64,000 nt of DNA from the human T2T-CHM13v2.0 reference genome, Homo sapiens. Shown in pieces: positions 1 through 15,169 of this stretch (positions are counted from its first letter, which is position 1; each line of letters opens with the position of its first letter). Below the pieces are notes generated by a model that saw nothing but the letters and a program-made list of their open reading frames with translations, ran no database searches and was not told the DNA's origin. The stretch is from the NCBI RefSeq assembly GCF_009914755.1, contig NC_060928.1. One strand, 5' to 3'. The position numbers and the translations under genes are program-made.

Positions 1-1555
1 CACAAAGGTATTGCTCTCAAGGACATTTACTTAATTTTTAAAAAAGGAATCAAAGCTTGAAATAAAATAATTAAATTCTACTTTGAAAACAAGTTAACCT
101 GGTTTTTGCTAGTACAGCTTTTCTAAATATTTTCATCCTAATGGGAAAACATCAGCATATGTGACAATTACCCTTATTCAAGTCACATTAAGAATAATTC
201 AAAACATTAAAGAAAATACTACAGTTGCAGGGGAAACAATTTAAATAAAATAAACTGGCCAAACCCTAGTGAATCAGATGATGATCTATGGAAACTGACC
301 AACGGAAAATATCTAAAGTTCAAATGCCCTTATAATAGCTGTTTTCTGCCATCTTTTAAATGTCTTTCCATGTCAAATCCCTCTTAAGTTTGATACACAG
401 TCTACTTACCAAAAAAAATTGTTTAACACATATATGATTATGAATTTGAATAATAAAGCAATATTGTAAAATATCAACAGTAGTAAGGAAATAACAGAGG
501 ACTGTATCCAAGGTTTCCATTAACATCATAAATGCACTAAATGCATTTTTGTGAGCTTATGTTTTCCATTTTTGTATTTCTTTCTCTGTGAGTAACGTGT
601 AAGACACTTAAGAGAGGCACAGGTAGACACACTGCAGCAACAAGAAAAGTCTAAGGTTCTTGTTATCTGGTACCAGTGCTGTGGACACGCCACTTGGAAG
701 GAGGAACCACTGTTTTTCCTCTGTGAGGACAACACACTGCATCTGTACCAGGTGTTTTATGGGAAGAGTGAATAAATTTTAATCATTCATCGCCCTCTTA
801 TGCTTAGATGTTTGTCATGATCACACAGTGTGGGATCTACAAATCAACACAGGAAAGTTGGAATTATGGTATTCTGTTATCAGAGGAGCCTGTGATCTGA
901 AAATAGCTGATCCCCCAATTTTCATATGACACTTGTGTGAAGAAAAAGAACAGAAATCTCCATCAGTACCAACTGTTCTCAGAAAAGGCACAGCCTAACA
1001 GAAAGAAAAGAATGAGCACGTTGGCTGCAGAAAGCCCTATTACGGTTTACACATTAAGAAACGGAGAGGAAACGATCCAAAAGAAGGCAAAATTTGAATA
1101 TTTCCTGTTTCCAATGTCACAAAAATTACAGAGTAAAAGTGAAATCAACACCAATATGTTAAAGAAAATATTTTAATGTTATATTTACTTAATTTGACAT
1201 TATTTAATTGGTCTTACACTGAAATCGACACTAGTCAAATACTTTTTCAAGAGGAGTGGCCTTCAAGTTTTTCCTTTCTCTGTTATGCGATTTGACACAA
1301 TGAAATTAGCAAGTTTAAGTTCTCATGTTTTATAAGGTTTTCATGTAAGTGCTACCTCTCCAAACTGGAATTTTAATCTTTTGGACAGTCAAAAGGTCTT
1401 ACATGGTAGCATTCATCTTTCTTTCTTAAACACAATACTTCAGTAACATTAATCTTTCAGGTGGGTATACAAAGAGTACATCAACGTTGCAAACAACCTG
1501 GAGAAAACAAATCTAGAAAGTACAATGACGCAATGTCACAAATGTGGTTGCCTCC

Positions 1556-1940
1556 TGCTACAGCGTGAATGTGTTCCCCAAACTTCATGTGTTGGAAATT
1601 TAATCCCCAATGCAAAAGCATTGAAAGGTGGGACCTTCAGAAGGTGATTAGGTCATGAGGCTCTGCCCACCTGAATGGATTAATGGTATTATCTTGGGAG
1701 TGGGCTCCTTATCACAGGAATGAGTTTGTTATATAAAGTTCCACCTGTTCTTGCACTCTGGAGCAATCTCTCCTGATGTGATGCCTTCCACCATGAGAAG
1801 ACACAGTAAGAAGGCCCTCACCAGACACAGCCCTGCAACCCTGGACTTTCCAGTCTTCAGAATTGTGAGGAAAACTAATTTCTTTTTATTATAAATCATC
1901 CAGTTTGTGATTTACAGCAACATAAAACAGACCACGATAC
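1556..1940 (+). mobile_element. MaLR solo LTR (MST family)
   Basis: TGCTA..gaatgtgttccccaaacttcatgtgttggaaatttaatcccc..aggtgattaggtcatgagg..gaaggccctcaccaga..ctggactttccagtcttcagaattgtgag..ataaatcatccagt, typical of MST LTRs. Confidence 0.8.
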
Positions 1941-2430
1941 CTACCCAAAGTACATTCATTCTCCTTTCCTTCTTTGCGAAAAGAATTTCAATATTGTTAG
2001 AAAGTGCATGTATTTTCTTTATCGGCTTCTCTTACAGCCAGGAATGGCAAAAATGCACTTCTACCTGAGAAGATGTAAGGGCAAATCTACTGGGGATTTC
2101 AGAGAAAACTTTTGCTTTGGTTTGAATGTGTTAAGGCAACAACCTCCTCTCTCACTATTCTTTCTTCCTTGAAATCAGACATAAAGCTGCACAACAATCA
2201 GCCATGTTGTGACCACGAGGAATGAAGCACAGAAGGCCAAACTCTAAAAATGATCAAGTGAAAAAAGCACAGGAGTCTGGACATTGATGATATGATGTTG
2301 CTCCATGTGGTACCAGCCCTTAAACGCCCACTGGGGCCTTTTAGTTACTAGAGAAAAATAAACTCCAATTTGCTTTAGCCACTACGGTTAGATTTTGTTA
2401 CACACAAACAAATCCCATTTTAACTGATAC
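1941..2430 (+). mobile_element. Old ERVL-type LTR (LTR33/LTR16-like), probably interrupted near its 5' end by the MST LTR
   Basis: gccatgttgtgaccacgagg..ccagccct..aaataaactcc..gccact..gattttgttac..taactgatac terminus; a possible 5' piece tgtggttg at ~1543. Confidence 0.55.
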
Positions 2431-2689
2431 TCTCAAAATAGTTAGTGAAATCACCAGAGAATGAAATAAACTTATTTTACAGTTTGATCATACCTATAAA
2501 AATAATAAATGTCTTCCTAGTATACAAAAAAACAGAAGCAGGGGAAAAATTTTAGAGAAGGAGACCAAAGAAAGAAGAATAAAAGCAAAATTTTAAAAAG
2601 TGAAGGCAAATAGTAGAGAGGTTAAATAAAGATAGCACTGAAAATTGATGGGAAGCAGCAATAATTTTCATGTGTAGGTTTGTTGTTGT

Positions 2690-2916
2690 TTTTTAAGAGA
2701 CAGGGTCTTGCTCTGTTTCCCAGGCTGGAGTACAGTGGCACTATCACAGGTCACTACAGCCTTGGACTCCTAGGTTTGAGCAATCCTCCACCCTCGGCCT
2801 TCAGAGTACTTGGGTATATGCCACCATGCCTGGCTAATTTTTTTTAATTTTCATTTTTATTTTTTATTTTTGTAGAGATGGGGTCTCACCGTGTTACCCA
2901 GGCTGGTCGTGAATTC
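2690..2916 (-). mobile_element. AluJ-like element, 5'-truncated
   Basis: gagacagggtcttgctctg..gtagagatggggtctcacc..ggctggtcgtgaa, diverged. Confidence 0.88.
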
Positions 2917-3715
2917 TTTTTTAATTACAGCTGAGTCATTAGGGTGAGGTTATATTTAATATACTTTACTTAACACAATAAAAATTTGAGTTATTAAACT
3001 CAACAATGCTCATCTTTAGAAGTCCAGAAAATTCACTTATAGAGGCGGCTTCATTTGTTTAGAATATTAAATAAATGACAAGTTAGTATTCTCTGCTTGT
3101 GAAATTTACTGGTTCCCTGTGCATTGCTAGGAAAAATAAAATAACAGAATCAATAATACATATTATACAGTTTATTTATGATATGTCACTACTTGCAATT
3201 ATTAAATAATATATGCTATAGGACTACTTAATATTAATTTAGCAGATAATTTTAATAGAATGAAACTGCATAAATAAAAATTTTGATTCATATTTTGAAT
3301 TATTAAACCCAGCAAAAATTATGAGAATTAACTTTATGAGTGTTAGTTTTTAAATAAAATAGAAAAGAATATGTAACATCATTAATAACTTTGAAAGCCA
3401 CAGAGCCAAATGAGAGAATCACTTCTGCTCGTCACTCAGCCACTATTATTTCGTTATGCTAATTACACAGTCTATGTGTTTGGAGTCTGTTAAATGTTTA
3501 TTTTTGTGGCAAACAACTATCTTTGCATATGTAAAATGGGGACAACATGTGAAAGAGGAGAATACGAAACCGAAAATTTAAGTATCAAAGAATCAAGAAA
3601 TGGAAAAATATAACCAATCCTATAAAATGATCCTCCCATATACACTCAATAAGTAAAAATACACTTCATGGTCCAGATTGTCTTGAAGATATATTACACA
3701 TTAGAACATATGCTT

Positions 3716-3837
3716 GTTAGTGGGTGCAGCGCACCAGCATGGCACTTGTATACATATGTAACTAACCTGCACATTGTGCACATGTACCCTAAAACTTAAA
3801 GTATAATAAAAAAAAAAAAGAATGCAAAAAAAAAAAA
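3716..3837 (+). mobile_element. Severely 5'-truncated young L1 (L1PA2/PA3-like 3' UTR end) with poly(A) and TSD
   Basis: gttagtgggtgcagcgcaccagcatggc..cctaaaacttaaagtataataaaa; TSD agaacatatgctt (3703-3715) / agaacttatgctt (3838-3850). Confidence 0.92.
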
Positions 3838-6027
3838 AGAACTTATGCTTTACTGTTGCTTTCTGCACTTGAAACATCTTGATTTGTATCCTCTAGATTG
3901 TCAGGTAAGAATATCGTTAGAGATCAATTGGTCCAGCCTCAGACTAGGGCAAGCTTCAGCCCAATTGATCAGATGTGAACACCTCATATGGTCAAAGTGC
4001 CTTGAGCAGAGGAAATACACTGTGCAGATAATACTGACTCACAGGTATTATAACAATCTACCAGATGGGAAATAACGTGGCAGAAGTGACTTTTAGATAT
4101 TTACCCTGGAGTGGAGGATGATAAATCCACTGCTCCAAGTAGAAGCAAGTAACCTGCAGACAGAGGGCTTGTCAAGTATAAAACCTTTAATCATTTCAGA
4201 TATACTACGGATTGGCCTATGGGCTCCAGCTCTAGAATTTTACAACTGAGAAAAAAAAAGTAATGAAAGAGAAATATGTTGTGTTCATAAATAAACTATT
4301 AGAATAAATAATTTAAACAAGATTATATTTCTTATTTATCATTTGATGTTGATTTTTTAACCCAAAACCTTAACTTGAAACTCTTAATCAGTATAAAAGA
4401 GCTTGAGTATATTTAAAATTGTGTTGGACAGCCTGTTTCTTAGGATAACTCTATATGTCAGCCAATCACATTTTTTGAATCACCTCTAAACATTCCATTG
4501 ACTTTTGTAATTGCAGTTAAAACAGTTCATGTGACATATGCAAGCAGTTGTTGACAGATGAGAAGATAAGCTTATAGGCCATGTATTGTATTTCCAGCTG
4601 TTTTAAATTTAAATTAACATTCTTTCGTAATTTCTAATTTTGATGATTATGATGACAAATTCAGGCTTGCAAAAGCCTAGACTCAAACTAGATTTTTGAA
4701 TAGTTCAAGTGTTTAATTACTTATTAATCTGAATGAAGTACGTAATATATTTTCTTGTTTGCATTTGTTTTTACTATCAGTTCTGAGACTTCTCATCCAA
4801 GTTTGTCCTCTCTCAGTTCTTTCTAGTTACCATTTCCCAAACAATCAGAGATGGTCAAGGGTCATTCCCACGCTATTAACACTTTTAAAAGCTAGAAGAA
4901 ACAAAGGTATAGGCTTACCAAAAAAAAAAGAACCTTTATTTATTTGAAATGTGGCAATTGAATAAAGCTTCTTAAAGTATGTACAAAATATAAACACATA
5001 ACATTTTAAAGGAATCTATCAGCCAAGCAAAGAATGTTCGGTTATAAACACACAAATTATCTTAACCCTAAGGGTCAATAAATTAAGATCATGATAGTAC
5101 AACTTTGGAAAGTTACTCCATAATCGAGGCAACATATTAATTATTAAAATCTTGCTTTACATAAGTCTGAAAGTGTTATTTTGAGAAACAAAGGTAAAGT
5201 TTTAAAATTATAAAACATTTTCTGATTTCCATGGAAGGAAATAAGGGAACAAGAAGAAAAGCAGTGCCTTAGCAAAAAAAAGCAAAAGTTTTCCCATAAA
5301 TCCCTGCTAGATTTTCTCTTATGAGCAAGAACTATTCGAGGGCAACATTAGCTGCAAAGGACGCTGGGAAGTGAGTTGAATTTTTTTCTTCGTTTTTTAA
5401 ACTGGGTACATGTGACCTCAAACACAATTTGGTCAAAACTACATTTAAAACCTCCAATTAACACTTTGAATTACACTAAAATAAAAAGGAGCCAATGAAG
5501 AGAGGCACAATACAAAACATATGATCAAGTTCACAATGAGTAGAAGCAGCACAACTGTGCCCTATATTTCACAGGTGTGGCCAAGGCCACCTACAGAAGA
5601 GTCGTACAAGAGAACCAAAGCCAAAGAGAGAGAAGAATATGGGTCAGAAAAGAATCATCACATCCTGATACTGACACACAGTGGACCAAGCCCTAGCTTA
5701 ACAACTGTCCTTTATTCAATAAAATATGGTGCAACGGCCAAAGATTTATGGCAAAAATAGAAAATTGTTAACATTCATAAAGTTTTAGGTGTGTTTTATT
5801 TTGCTTGGCTTTGGTTTTTTGTATCTATCAAAATGAACAACTTAGACATGCTAAAAGTTTTATCATAGTATCAATATTTATAGTTATTCCATTATTTATC
5901 TTTAATATTTTAAATTATAAATAGCACAGTAAGTGTTGTATTGTTCTAATATCTCCTGCTTTAATATTTATTACACAGCATAACTGGACGGGAGATGTTT
6001 TAACTTCACTGAACATTAAAAACTACT

Positions 6028-6330
<303 letters not shown>

Positions 6331-6635
6331 CTACTGCATGGGCTTTGAAATAGCTATGTAACTAATTGTTATTTTTTGCTTCAGTCTAAGTTCTTGTCTA
6401 TATTCATATACCATAACAAATGAGTCACTATTGTCTATATAAAACTTTTAAATACCTAAAACACTTTACATCTTGGAATCTTATAGAATTGGAATTTTAC
6501 TGAATCTTATAGAACTGTTTTCCTCAGATTTTATATAATACCTAAATACTGGCTTATAGGCAATAACTAGCTAAATAATAAACAAATATTATGAAGTGAC
6601 ATATAGACATATAAAAGCAATTCTTGTTATATATA

Positions 6636-6973
<338 letters not shown>

Positions 6974-9092
6974 TTATAGTCAAAATGTGCCTAAATATAT
7001 GGTTCTTCAGCTTATTTTACAGCTTATTTTACTTGAAGGTATAACCACATTCTAAAATAATCTTTCAAATACAACAACTTGGTATCTTTTCTGTTTATAG
7101 TTCAAAATGAATTTTTTTCCCCACAATTATGATCACTGAGATGCTGAACTTGAATCAGAGTAAAGCATAAATAGGAAAAAACAACTACAAAACAGAGGAC
7201 AATATGACTTCACTTGCTGATGGTCTAGCTGTGGCAAATGCAGTTTCCTCACAATAGACATACTTGCTGGCAAGCTCTGATGACTAAACTGTGCTGGAAG
7301 TTACACAGAATTTCGATTGCTATTTGCTCACAATTATAATTGGGAGCAAGAAAGACAATGCCAAAAGGAAATAAAACACATATTTAGGAAAAAAAAACAA
7401 GTAAATAGGAGCTTTTTCTAGTAAAGAATGCTAGTAGAGGGCAAGTTGTTCCTTAGGATGCCCCCCGCCACCAACAAAAAGTCTTCAACAGCCAGCCAGA
7501 GGCCAGAAATCCCAAATTATTTAACGCTACTACATATATTATAATCAAATGTTGGATCAAGTAGGAATAACCCAATTAAATAATTTTAGCTAAATCATCT
7601 AACTCTGATGGCAAGTTATTTTGTTGAACAACTAAAGATTTATAAGGGCTATTGTAAATAATATTTACCTCTCAATTACCACATTCCCAGAATAGAAGTC
7701 ATGCTTTGATGACTAAACATGGCCCGGCGTCAACCCCTGCTGCAAGACATTTGCTCTGATCTAAACACCCCCTAGTTTGCATGTACAGGGACAAAACCTT
7801 CTCAATTTTCTAAGAATATTTCTTTCTGTCCTCATAAACTCGAGATATTCCCCCTAAAAAAATGCTGATTTCAAAATTTAGCAATGGAATAAATCAGTTT
7901 GACAAAATTTTAACAAAATTTTACATGTTGCCAAAGACTGGCCACCTTCTGCCCCCACCACCAATCAATCAATCATCACAGAACAGGAAAAAATGTCTAA
8001 TTCTTCAGATTAAGTGCACACGCCATATGCTAGAATGTATAGTGCTGTATTTATGAATATAGTCTATGTACTAAGTTTTTCAAGCCATAAAACTAGCTAA
8101 TATTACATTAAAATCAAAGCTATCCTAATATAATAACATCATGTATAAATCAAAATAGTGGGAAGATGTACAATTAGAGATGAAAAGACAACAGAGCTGA
8201 TAGAACCTGATTTTCCAAAAGAATTTAAATTTAAATTTAAGAAAATCTAGTCCCAATATATAGTATTTTTTATAGGATGATATTTATATAAGTAATACAA
8301 GGTGGTATAAACAATGAATAATTCCTCACTGTGATGGACATAGTTATTTTGTCATTAGTAAAAGTAGTTTGAAGTAAGAAGTTATTGGAAGAAGTTTTTT
8401 TCTGGAAGAAGTTTAAAATGTTTTAATTGCAAAATAGTATACTGGAGTAAAAGAATAAAAGGAAAGAAAAGAATGTGTAATTTATAAAGAAGATTTGCAT
8501 AACACGTGTCTAAAATTTTGGTTTAAAAAAGAGTACTACTCTTTCTGTGAGCACCCAGGGGCACATCATCAAGTGGGGTGAAACACTTTCCTCTGGAGTG
8601 AAACATTAACCTCTAAGTTACAATCACTTTTAACCTCCTGAGGAGACCATGCTCCTGGAATGACTGCACATTTTCCCTATTGCACATAGGAAGGGAACTG
8701 CTAATGTCAGTGCGAAAGCAAAGCCCCCCAGATAGGAAAAAAAAAAAGATAAAAGTCTCCCTATCGATTTAATTAACTCAAATGTTAATACGTTAGGCTT
8801 AGAAAACCAGAAACTGTTCTGGACAAGAATGAACTTAAACATGGACAGAAAACAATGTGCGAATGTACCACCAGTGAAATCATGTGTCTTCAGAACTTTG
8901 TGTGCTATTAAGTTGGAGTGAAACCCACAGTAACATGTATTAAAGCCCATGTTTAAGACATCTTGGTCATATTTTATTAAAGAACGACAGCTCTTAAACA
9001 TGTACATCTTTAACTGGAACTTGTTGCAGTTCTTAGTAATGGCAACTGATTGCTTGGCATTTTACAGGGGTATCTATTAAAACTCTTTTCTA

Positions 9093-9409
9093 GGCCAGGT
9101 GTGGTGGCTCACGCCTGTAATCCCAACACTTTGGGAGGCAGAGGCGGGCAGGTCACCTGAGGTCAGGTGTTCAAGACCAGCCTGGCCAACAGGGTGAAAC
9201 CCAGTCTCTACTAAATAATACAAAAATTAGCCTGGCATGGTGGTGCGTGCCTGTAATCCCAGCTACTCAGAAGGCTGAAGCAGGGAGAATTGCTTGAACC
9301 CGGGAGGCGGAGGTTGCAGTGAGCCGAGATTACCCCACTGCACTCCAGCCTGGGCGACAGAGCGAGACTCCATCTCAAAAAAAAAAAAAAAACAAACAAA
9401 AAAAAAAAA
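9093..9409 (+). mobile_element. Full-length AluS (Sx-like)
   Basis: cacctgaggtcagg..ttcaagaccagcctggccaac; TSD aaaactc(t/c)tt..cta. Confidence 0.95.
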
Positions 9410-11195
9410 CTCCTTCTAACCCATTCACTAAGCACTAAGCACGCATTTAATACCCATGTGTAATACACAGTGCACCAAGGACAGCATGGAGTTCATCTCC
9501 ACATCACAGATTTAATTTTAGCTGTACATATATTAATTTATATCATTTCAATGATTGAATGGAAAATGAAATTATATCTATACAGTTATATTAAATTTAA
9601 ATCAGGCATATGTGTCCTCCTCCTTCCCAACACATTGCAGATATTTAACAGGGGTGTAATAAAGTTAAACTCAACATCAAGGATACATTTAATTAGGAAA
9701 ATAGCACAGAAAAGCAAAATTTGAATTTCAGGTGTTTTGCACTAGAGGAAGCCCGAGCGTCAGTCTTCTACGTGTGTCGTGTTAACATGACTTGAGGCTG
9801 TCACACTAGCACTGCTCCTAGTTTTAGACAGATAGAAGAATAAATGTCAAATCAACATGGCACAAAAAATCACCAATTTTAAATATTTTCAATCTTTAAT
9901 TTACTAAGTTATGTGTCACTGTGTGCTATATTATAGTAATAAAATAACTACACTGTGCTCTCATGGACATGAGCACAAAGGTACATTTTTCTAAAGTAAA
10001 ACAGAATTGGTCTCTAACAGAGCAGGCTTCACTGCTACCAATATTAAAGGAAAAAAAATATTGCATTAAAATTTATGACATCATTATTTGCTTTAATGTG
10101 TATCTGAAGCAGCTTCAAATTACCCAATTGTTAAGTGTGATGGTCATGACTCATGAATAATTTTGGCCTTAATAAAATTCTAATTTGGCATGGACAGACA
10201 CCAAAATTAAAAGAGAGATCTAGGACTCAGAGAGAACAAACAATGAATCACTATTATGTTAAAACTAAAATTTGGCTCTGAGACAAAGGGATCAGTTTGT
10301 TTTTTAGGGAAGTCATAAATGTCATGACCTGTAAGCAAACATGAATCTCAGTAAGTGTTCTCTTTTTTCAAAACATAAACTTGGAAGAGGACTTTTAAAA
10401 GGATAAAGTAACTAAATACACAAAACAGACACAAACAAAAAGAAAGAATTAAAAATATTCCATGTAGGCAATGATATTATAGTAAATTAAATCACAGTGA
10501 TTTAAAATAGCCTCGCATCTGGTATCTGATATCAACTAGCTACTTCCAAGAAACTTGGAGTGAGTGGAAATAACAATCCCTTTTACAGGTTATAGGAATT
10601 CAATCACAGGATTCATGGCAGCTGTGTGGTCACTTCAGTTAAAACAGAGTAGTCAAGACCATTTTCTTTAACATTTCAGTCTGATTTGCCAAATTCATCC
10701 ACTCTTGGGGCAGGGAGGGACCTGGAGGGGCTCATTTAATTGTAAACAAAGACAAGGGAAGGTGAACTGTTTTCACTATTGTTCACCAAGTGAACTATTT
10801 GGTAAAATCATTACCCACACATCCTTTTAGGTAAGGTGATTATGTTTGTCATTTCAGTAAAAGGGCGTTAAACTTTGAACACTGCTTGCCTGAAGCAGAT
10901 TAAGTAGTCGGCTTCCCATACCCTATTCAATTACCACAAGGGAGAAAGTGCTGCCTGTCTCAGAGTGGCACTCACTCACACGCATGACTCTTCCTCAACT
11001 ACCGCAGTGCCAAGGTCTGATTATTTTCACAAATGTTTCATCCTTTTCCAATATTTTAACAAGTTGGAACCAAAAGTATTATCAAGTTCAAGACTGTTTC
11101 TTCTACATAAAAAGAATATTAAATAAGCAGTTATTTGAATCCTGTTTCTAACAATAAAAACGTAAGCAAAGCACTTGTAAGAGAAAAAGAAATTA

Positions 11196-11510
11196 GGCTG
11201 GAACAGCGGCTCATGCCTGTAATCCCAGCACTTTGGGAGGCCAAGGCAGATCACTTGAGCCCAGGAGTTTGAGAGCAGCCTGGGCAACTTAGTGAGACCT
11301 CATTTCTACAAAAAATTTTAAAAAATAGCTGGGTGGGGTGGCACGTGCCTGTGATCCCAGCTACTTGGGAAGCTGAGGTAGGTGGATCACTTGAGTACAG
11401 GAGGCGGAGGCTGCAACGAGCCACGTTCATGCCACTGCACTGCAGCCTGGGAAATAGAGTGAGGCCTGTCTCAAATTAAAAAAAAAAAAAAATTTTAAAT
11501 AAAAAAAAGT
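11196..11510 (+). mobile_element. AluJ
   Basis: cacttgagcccaggagtttgag..gaggctgca (AluJ diagnostics); TSD gagaaaaa(g/t)aaatta. Confidence 0.93.
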
Positions 11511-13074
11511 TGAGAGAAAAATAAATTAGTGTGACAATGAAAAATTACTATGAAGAAAATCACATTAAAATGTTAATTTGAATTCTATAATTGGGAAAAC
11601 ATAATAGCACTGAACTATAAAGCTTCATTTTATTATATGCTTACATACAATTCTAATTCTGAAATACAAATATTAATACGAAAATTGCTTTTAAAAAGAT
11701 GATACAGTATCTCCATAGAGATGTGAATGAATAATATAGTATTATCTAATTTTTAATGTACTTACATACTACCTGAGGGTCTATTTAGTGTTTAGTGCTT
11801 TGTTCCAGTTCCAGTCAGAAAAAAAATTCTGTTTAAAAATGTGGTATCTGGTCAAAAGTTCTAAAATACTCCAACTAACATCTGCACTGGAATCCTAGGG
11901 AAGTGAATACTTTCTGGATGTTACTGAATCAAAAAAATATGCTGTCAGCTGTTCAAGAGCTGGGAAGTGTGTCCACCACTGATTTTTCCTCCCTTTTTCC
12001 TGTCTGCTCACGGGCCTCCAATGCCCCCAGCACTGTAGTCTTCAGCACAGGGTAACCACGCAAGTCACAGCACTGACTGGCAAATTGACAAAGAGAACCA
12101 CCAAACAAAATCAACTATTTGGAATAAACTAGAGTACTCAAGCAAATCAGCTTACTCTCAGAGAAGGAAAGTATCTACTCCATAATTCATCCCAGTGTCC
12201 CAGTGTCCGCACATCTCAGACAGCACACGCTGTACTAGTTACCATTCTGGAAGAGGGTCCCTTAGGAACAGTGCAATCACATTTTCCTAAACAAATTCAC
12301 ACAAGTTTAACTCTGGCATATAGCATTCTCCCCTTAAGTTTTCTTTATATTTTCCTCAGTGAAATTGTTGATATTTTAGGTATTCTGTGATGATTTCATT
12401 GTAAATTTAGAATGCATATTTATTTTTTGTGGCAATAATATAGATGAGATATTTACACATCAAAGTAGCAACATTAGCATGTTTCATTAATAAACATTTA
12501 AACTTGAAAATGTATATGCTCTGAATATATTCAAGATGAGTTCATATTAAATTATATGGCATTATAAAAAGCTTATGTGTACCAAAATCCTTTACAGCCA
12601 AATGACCTAAGTATGAATGAAGCACATAAGGAGACAGCATCATCCCAGATTCTTTGGTTTGGTGTGGTCTATGGACACCTGTGCTGCCCTCCAGGAGAGG
12701 AACAAACCCCGGCACCCAGGGGAAGTGGGAACATATTACAGGCAGAACTACAGTATGTAGCCTCCAGACACTGAATGATTAAACACCCTGCATTTCCTTC
12801 ACCTGTTTCAAAATCAAACATCAGTATTATATCCTCTTGCTATATTTTAGAAATTGGGAAAATTGTCAGTAAGTTTATAATTTTAAAAATTTAATAAATT
12901 AGTTGCAAGGTGCTGAAGAATCACAGTTATGTCATATGTCTAGGACATAGTACTTACATGCTATATTCTTTGTTTGTTTTCTGATCATGAAGACTATCTA
13001 TTTAACACAAATTTACAGAAAGCTTACTATATGCCAATCATGGTTCCAAGGGCTTTATATGTATGCACATGCTG

Positions 13075-13385
13075 TTTTTTGTTTTTTTTTTTTTTTTTGA
13101 AACAGAGTCTCACTCTGTTGCCCAGGCTGGAGTGCAGTGGGGTGATCTCAGCTCACTCACTGCAACCTCCGCCTCCTGGGCTCAAGCCATCTTCTCACCT
13201 CAGCCTCCAGAGTAGCTGTGAATACAGGCACGTGTCACCATGCCCAGTTAATTTTTCTATTTTTTGTAGAGATAGGGTTTTCCCCATGTTGCTCAGGCTG
13301 GTCTCAAACTCCTGGGTTCAAGTGATCTACCTGACTCAGACTCCCAAAGTGCTGGGATTACAGACGTGAGCCACCACACCTGGCC
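13075..13385 (-). mobile_element. AluJ-like, antisense
   Basis: Poly(T) followed by a reverse-complement Alu ending ...ccacacctggcc. Confidence 0.93.
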
Positions 13386-13481
13386 TATATACACATTCTT
13401 ATCCTCAAAACAACCTGATTAAGCAGGCATTAATTATATTCTACATTTTGGAAGAGGACTTTTAAAAGGATAAAGTAACTA

Positions 13482-13796
<315 letters not shown>

Positions 13797-15169
13797 GGAT
13801 AAAGTAACTAAATACACAAAACAGACACAAAGAAAAAGAAAAAATTAAAAATTAAAAATTAGCATCTACTCATTGTGCTACAAAGAAGCAGAGAGAAACT
13901 AAGTAACTTGTCCAAGGTCACACAGGTACTAAGAGGCATCCTCAGGACATGAATACAGAAAGGCATGTCCATACCCTGTGCTCTTATCCACTGCACTGCA
14001 TCTCTAAACAAGTTACGTCACTGACACAAGCAACAGTTATGTGACTGAAACAAGCAGAAATATTGGCAGTGAGTTCTTCCAGGCGCTATCACAGGCAGTG
14101 TAAACAGAGTGCATAGGTTCTGCAGTTAGCAAAATAGCTAGCTTTGATCCCAGCCTTTATCACTTATGACTGCATACTTTACTATTGCATAAAAGTAAGA
14201 GAAAATGGTAATTTAGGGATGAAGTTTTAGGTAAATTAAATTACAAAATAAATGTCTAAATAGAAACCCTTCAACTATAGAAGTCAAACCACATCTTTCT
14301 GGTCTACCCCAAAATATACATCTTTCCACCTGTCCAAATGAGGACAGGTTGAAGCCAAACTTCTTTAGAAGTGAGTCTTTTAAACTTGTAAGTATTACCT
14401 TTTACACAAAGTTGTGCATTTGAATATTTCCTCTTTCAGTATGTCCTTTCTCTAGTAGTTGGCATCTCTTGAGTTTGAGTAAATTATTCCACCATATTTA
14501 AAAAAAACTTTTATAAGAACAGCCAAAGTATTTATATTGTTTATTTGGTAGTTTACCCACCTCCTCACATCCCCACTCCCACCTTTCTGGTCTCATTGTT
14601 AGCAGATTTTAAAAAGCAGGAATTTCCAGGACACTTTAGGGTTCTCTCCTTCTCTTTTTTTTTCAATTGCCCACTGACCTACAAATAAATGTGTGTGCAA
14701 ATATAGAGATTCTAATCTTGTACACTTCTGATTGTCTAAATATTCTATTTCAATGAACTGTCTACAAATTCTTAACCATGCAAGAAAGAACACGTAAGTC
14801 ACACTTGGCAGTCTGAAGAACTATTAAGCGGTGTATGCATGAATATGTGTGTGGGGGGGTCTGTGTATGTGTATCTAAGCATGACCACTGTTTACACTGC
14901 TTGCTTCGTTTGGAATGCAAACCATAATGGCAGAGATGTCTATTTCTATACTTTTGTAAATGTATCCAGATAGCACAATGATGGGTGCCTACAGTAAGTC
15001 AAAAGTAACCACCATCATCGCCAGCAATCAGGAGCATATAGGGGAGTTCGAATACCATATATGGGTGGCCACTGTAATGAGAAAGGCAGAGTCACTGCCA
15101 GACACTTTAAGAAACCCTGCAGTTGAAAATGGCTTCTGAGAAGCTTCTGAGAAGCTTCTGGTCAGCTTT

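Noticed and set aside
8630-9007. 125-aa sense-strand ORF in intron 1
   Set aside because: No similarity to VEGF-C exon 2 or any family I recognise, and no clear exon boundaries.
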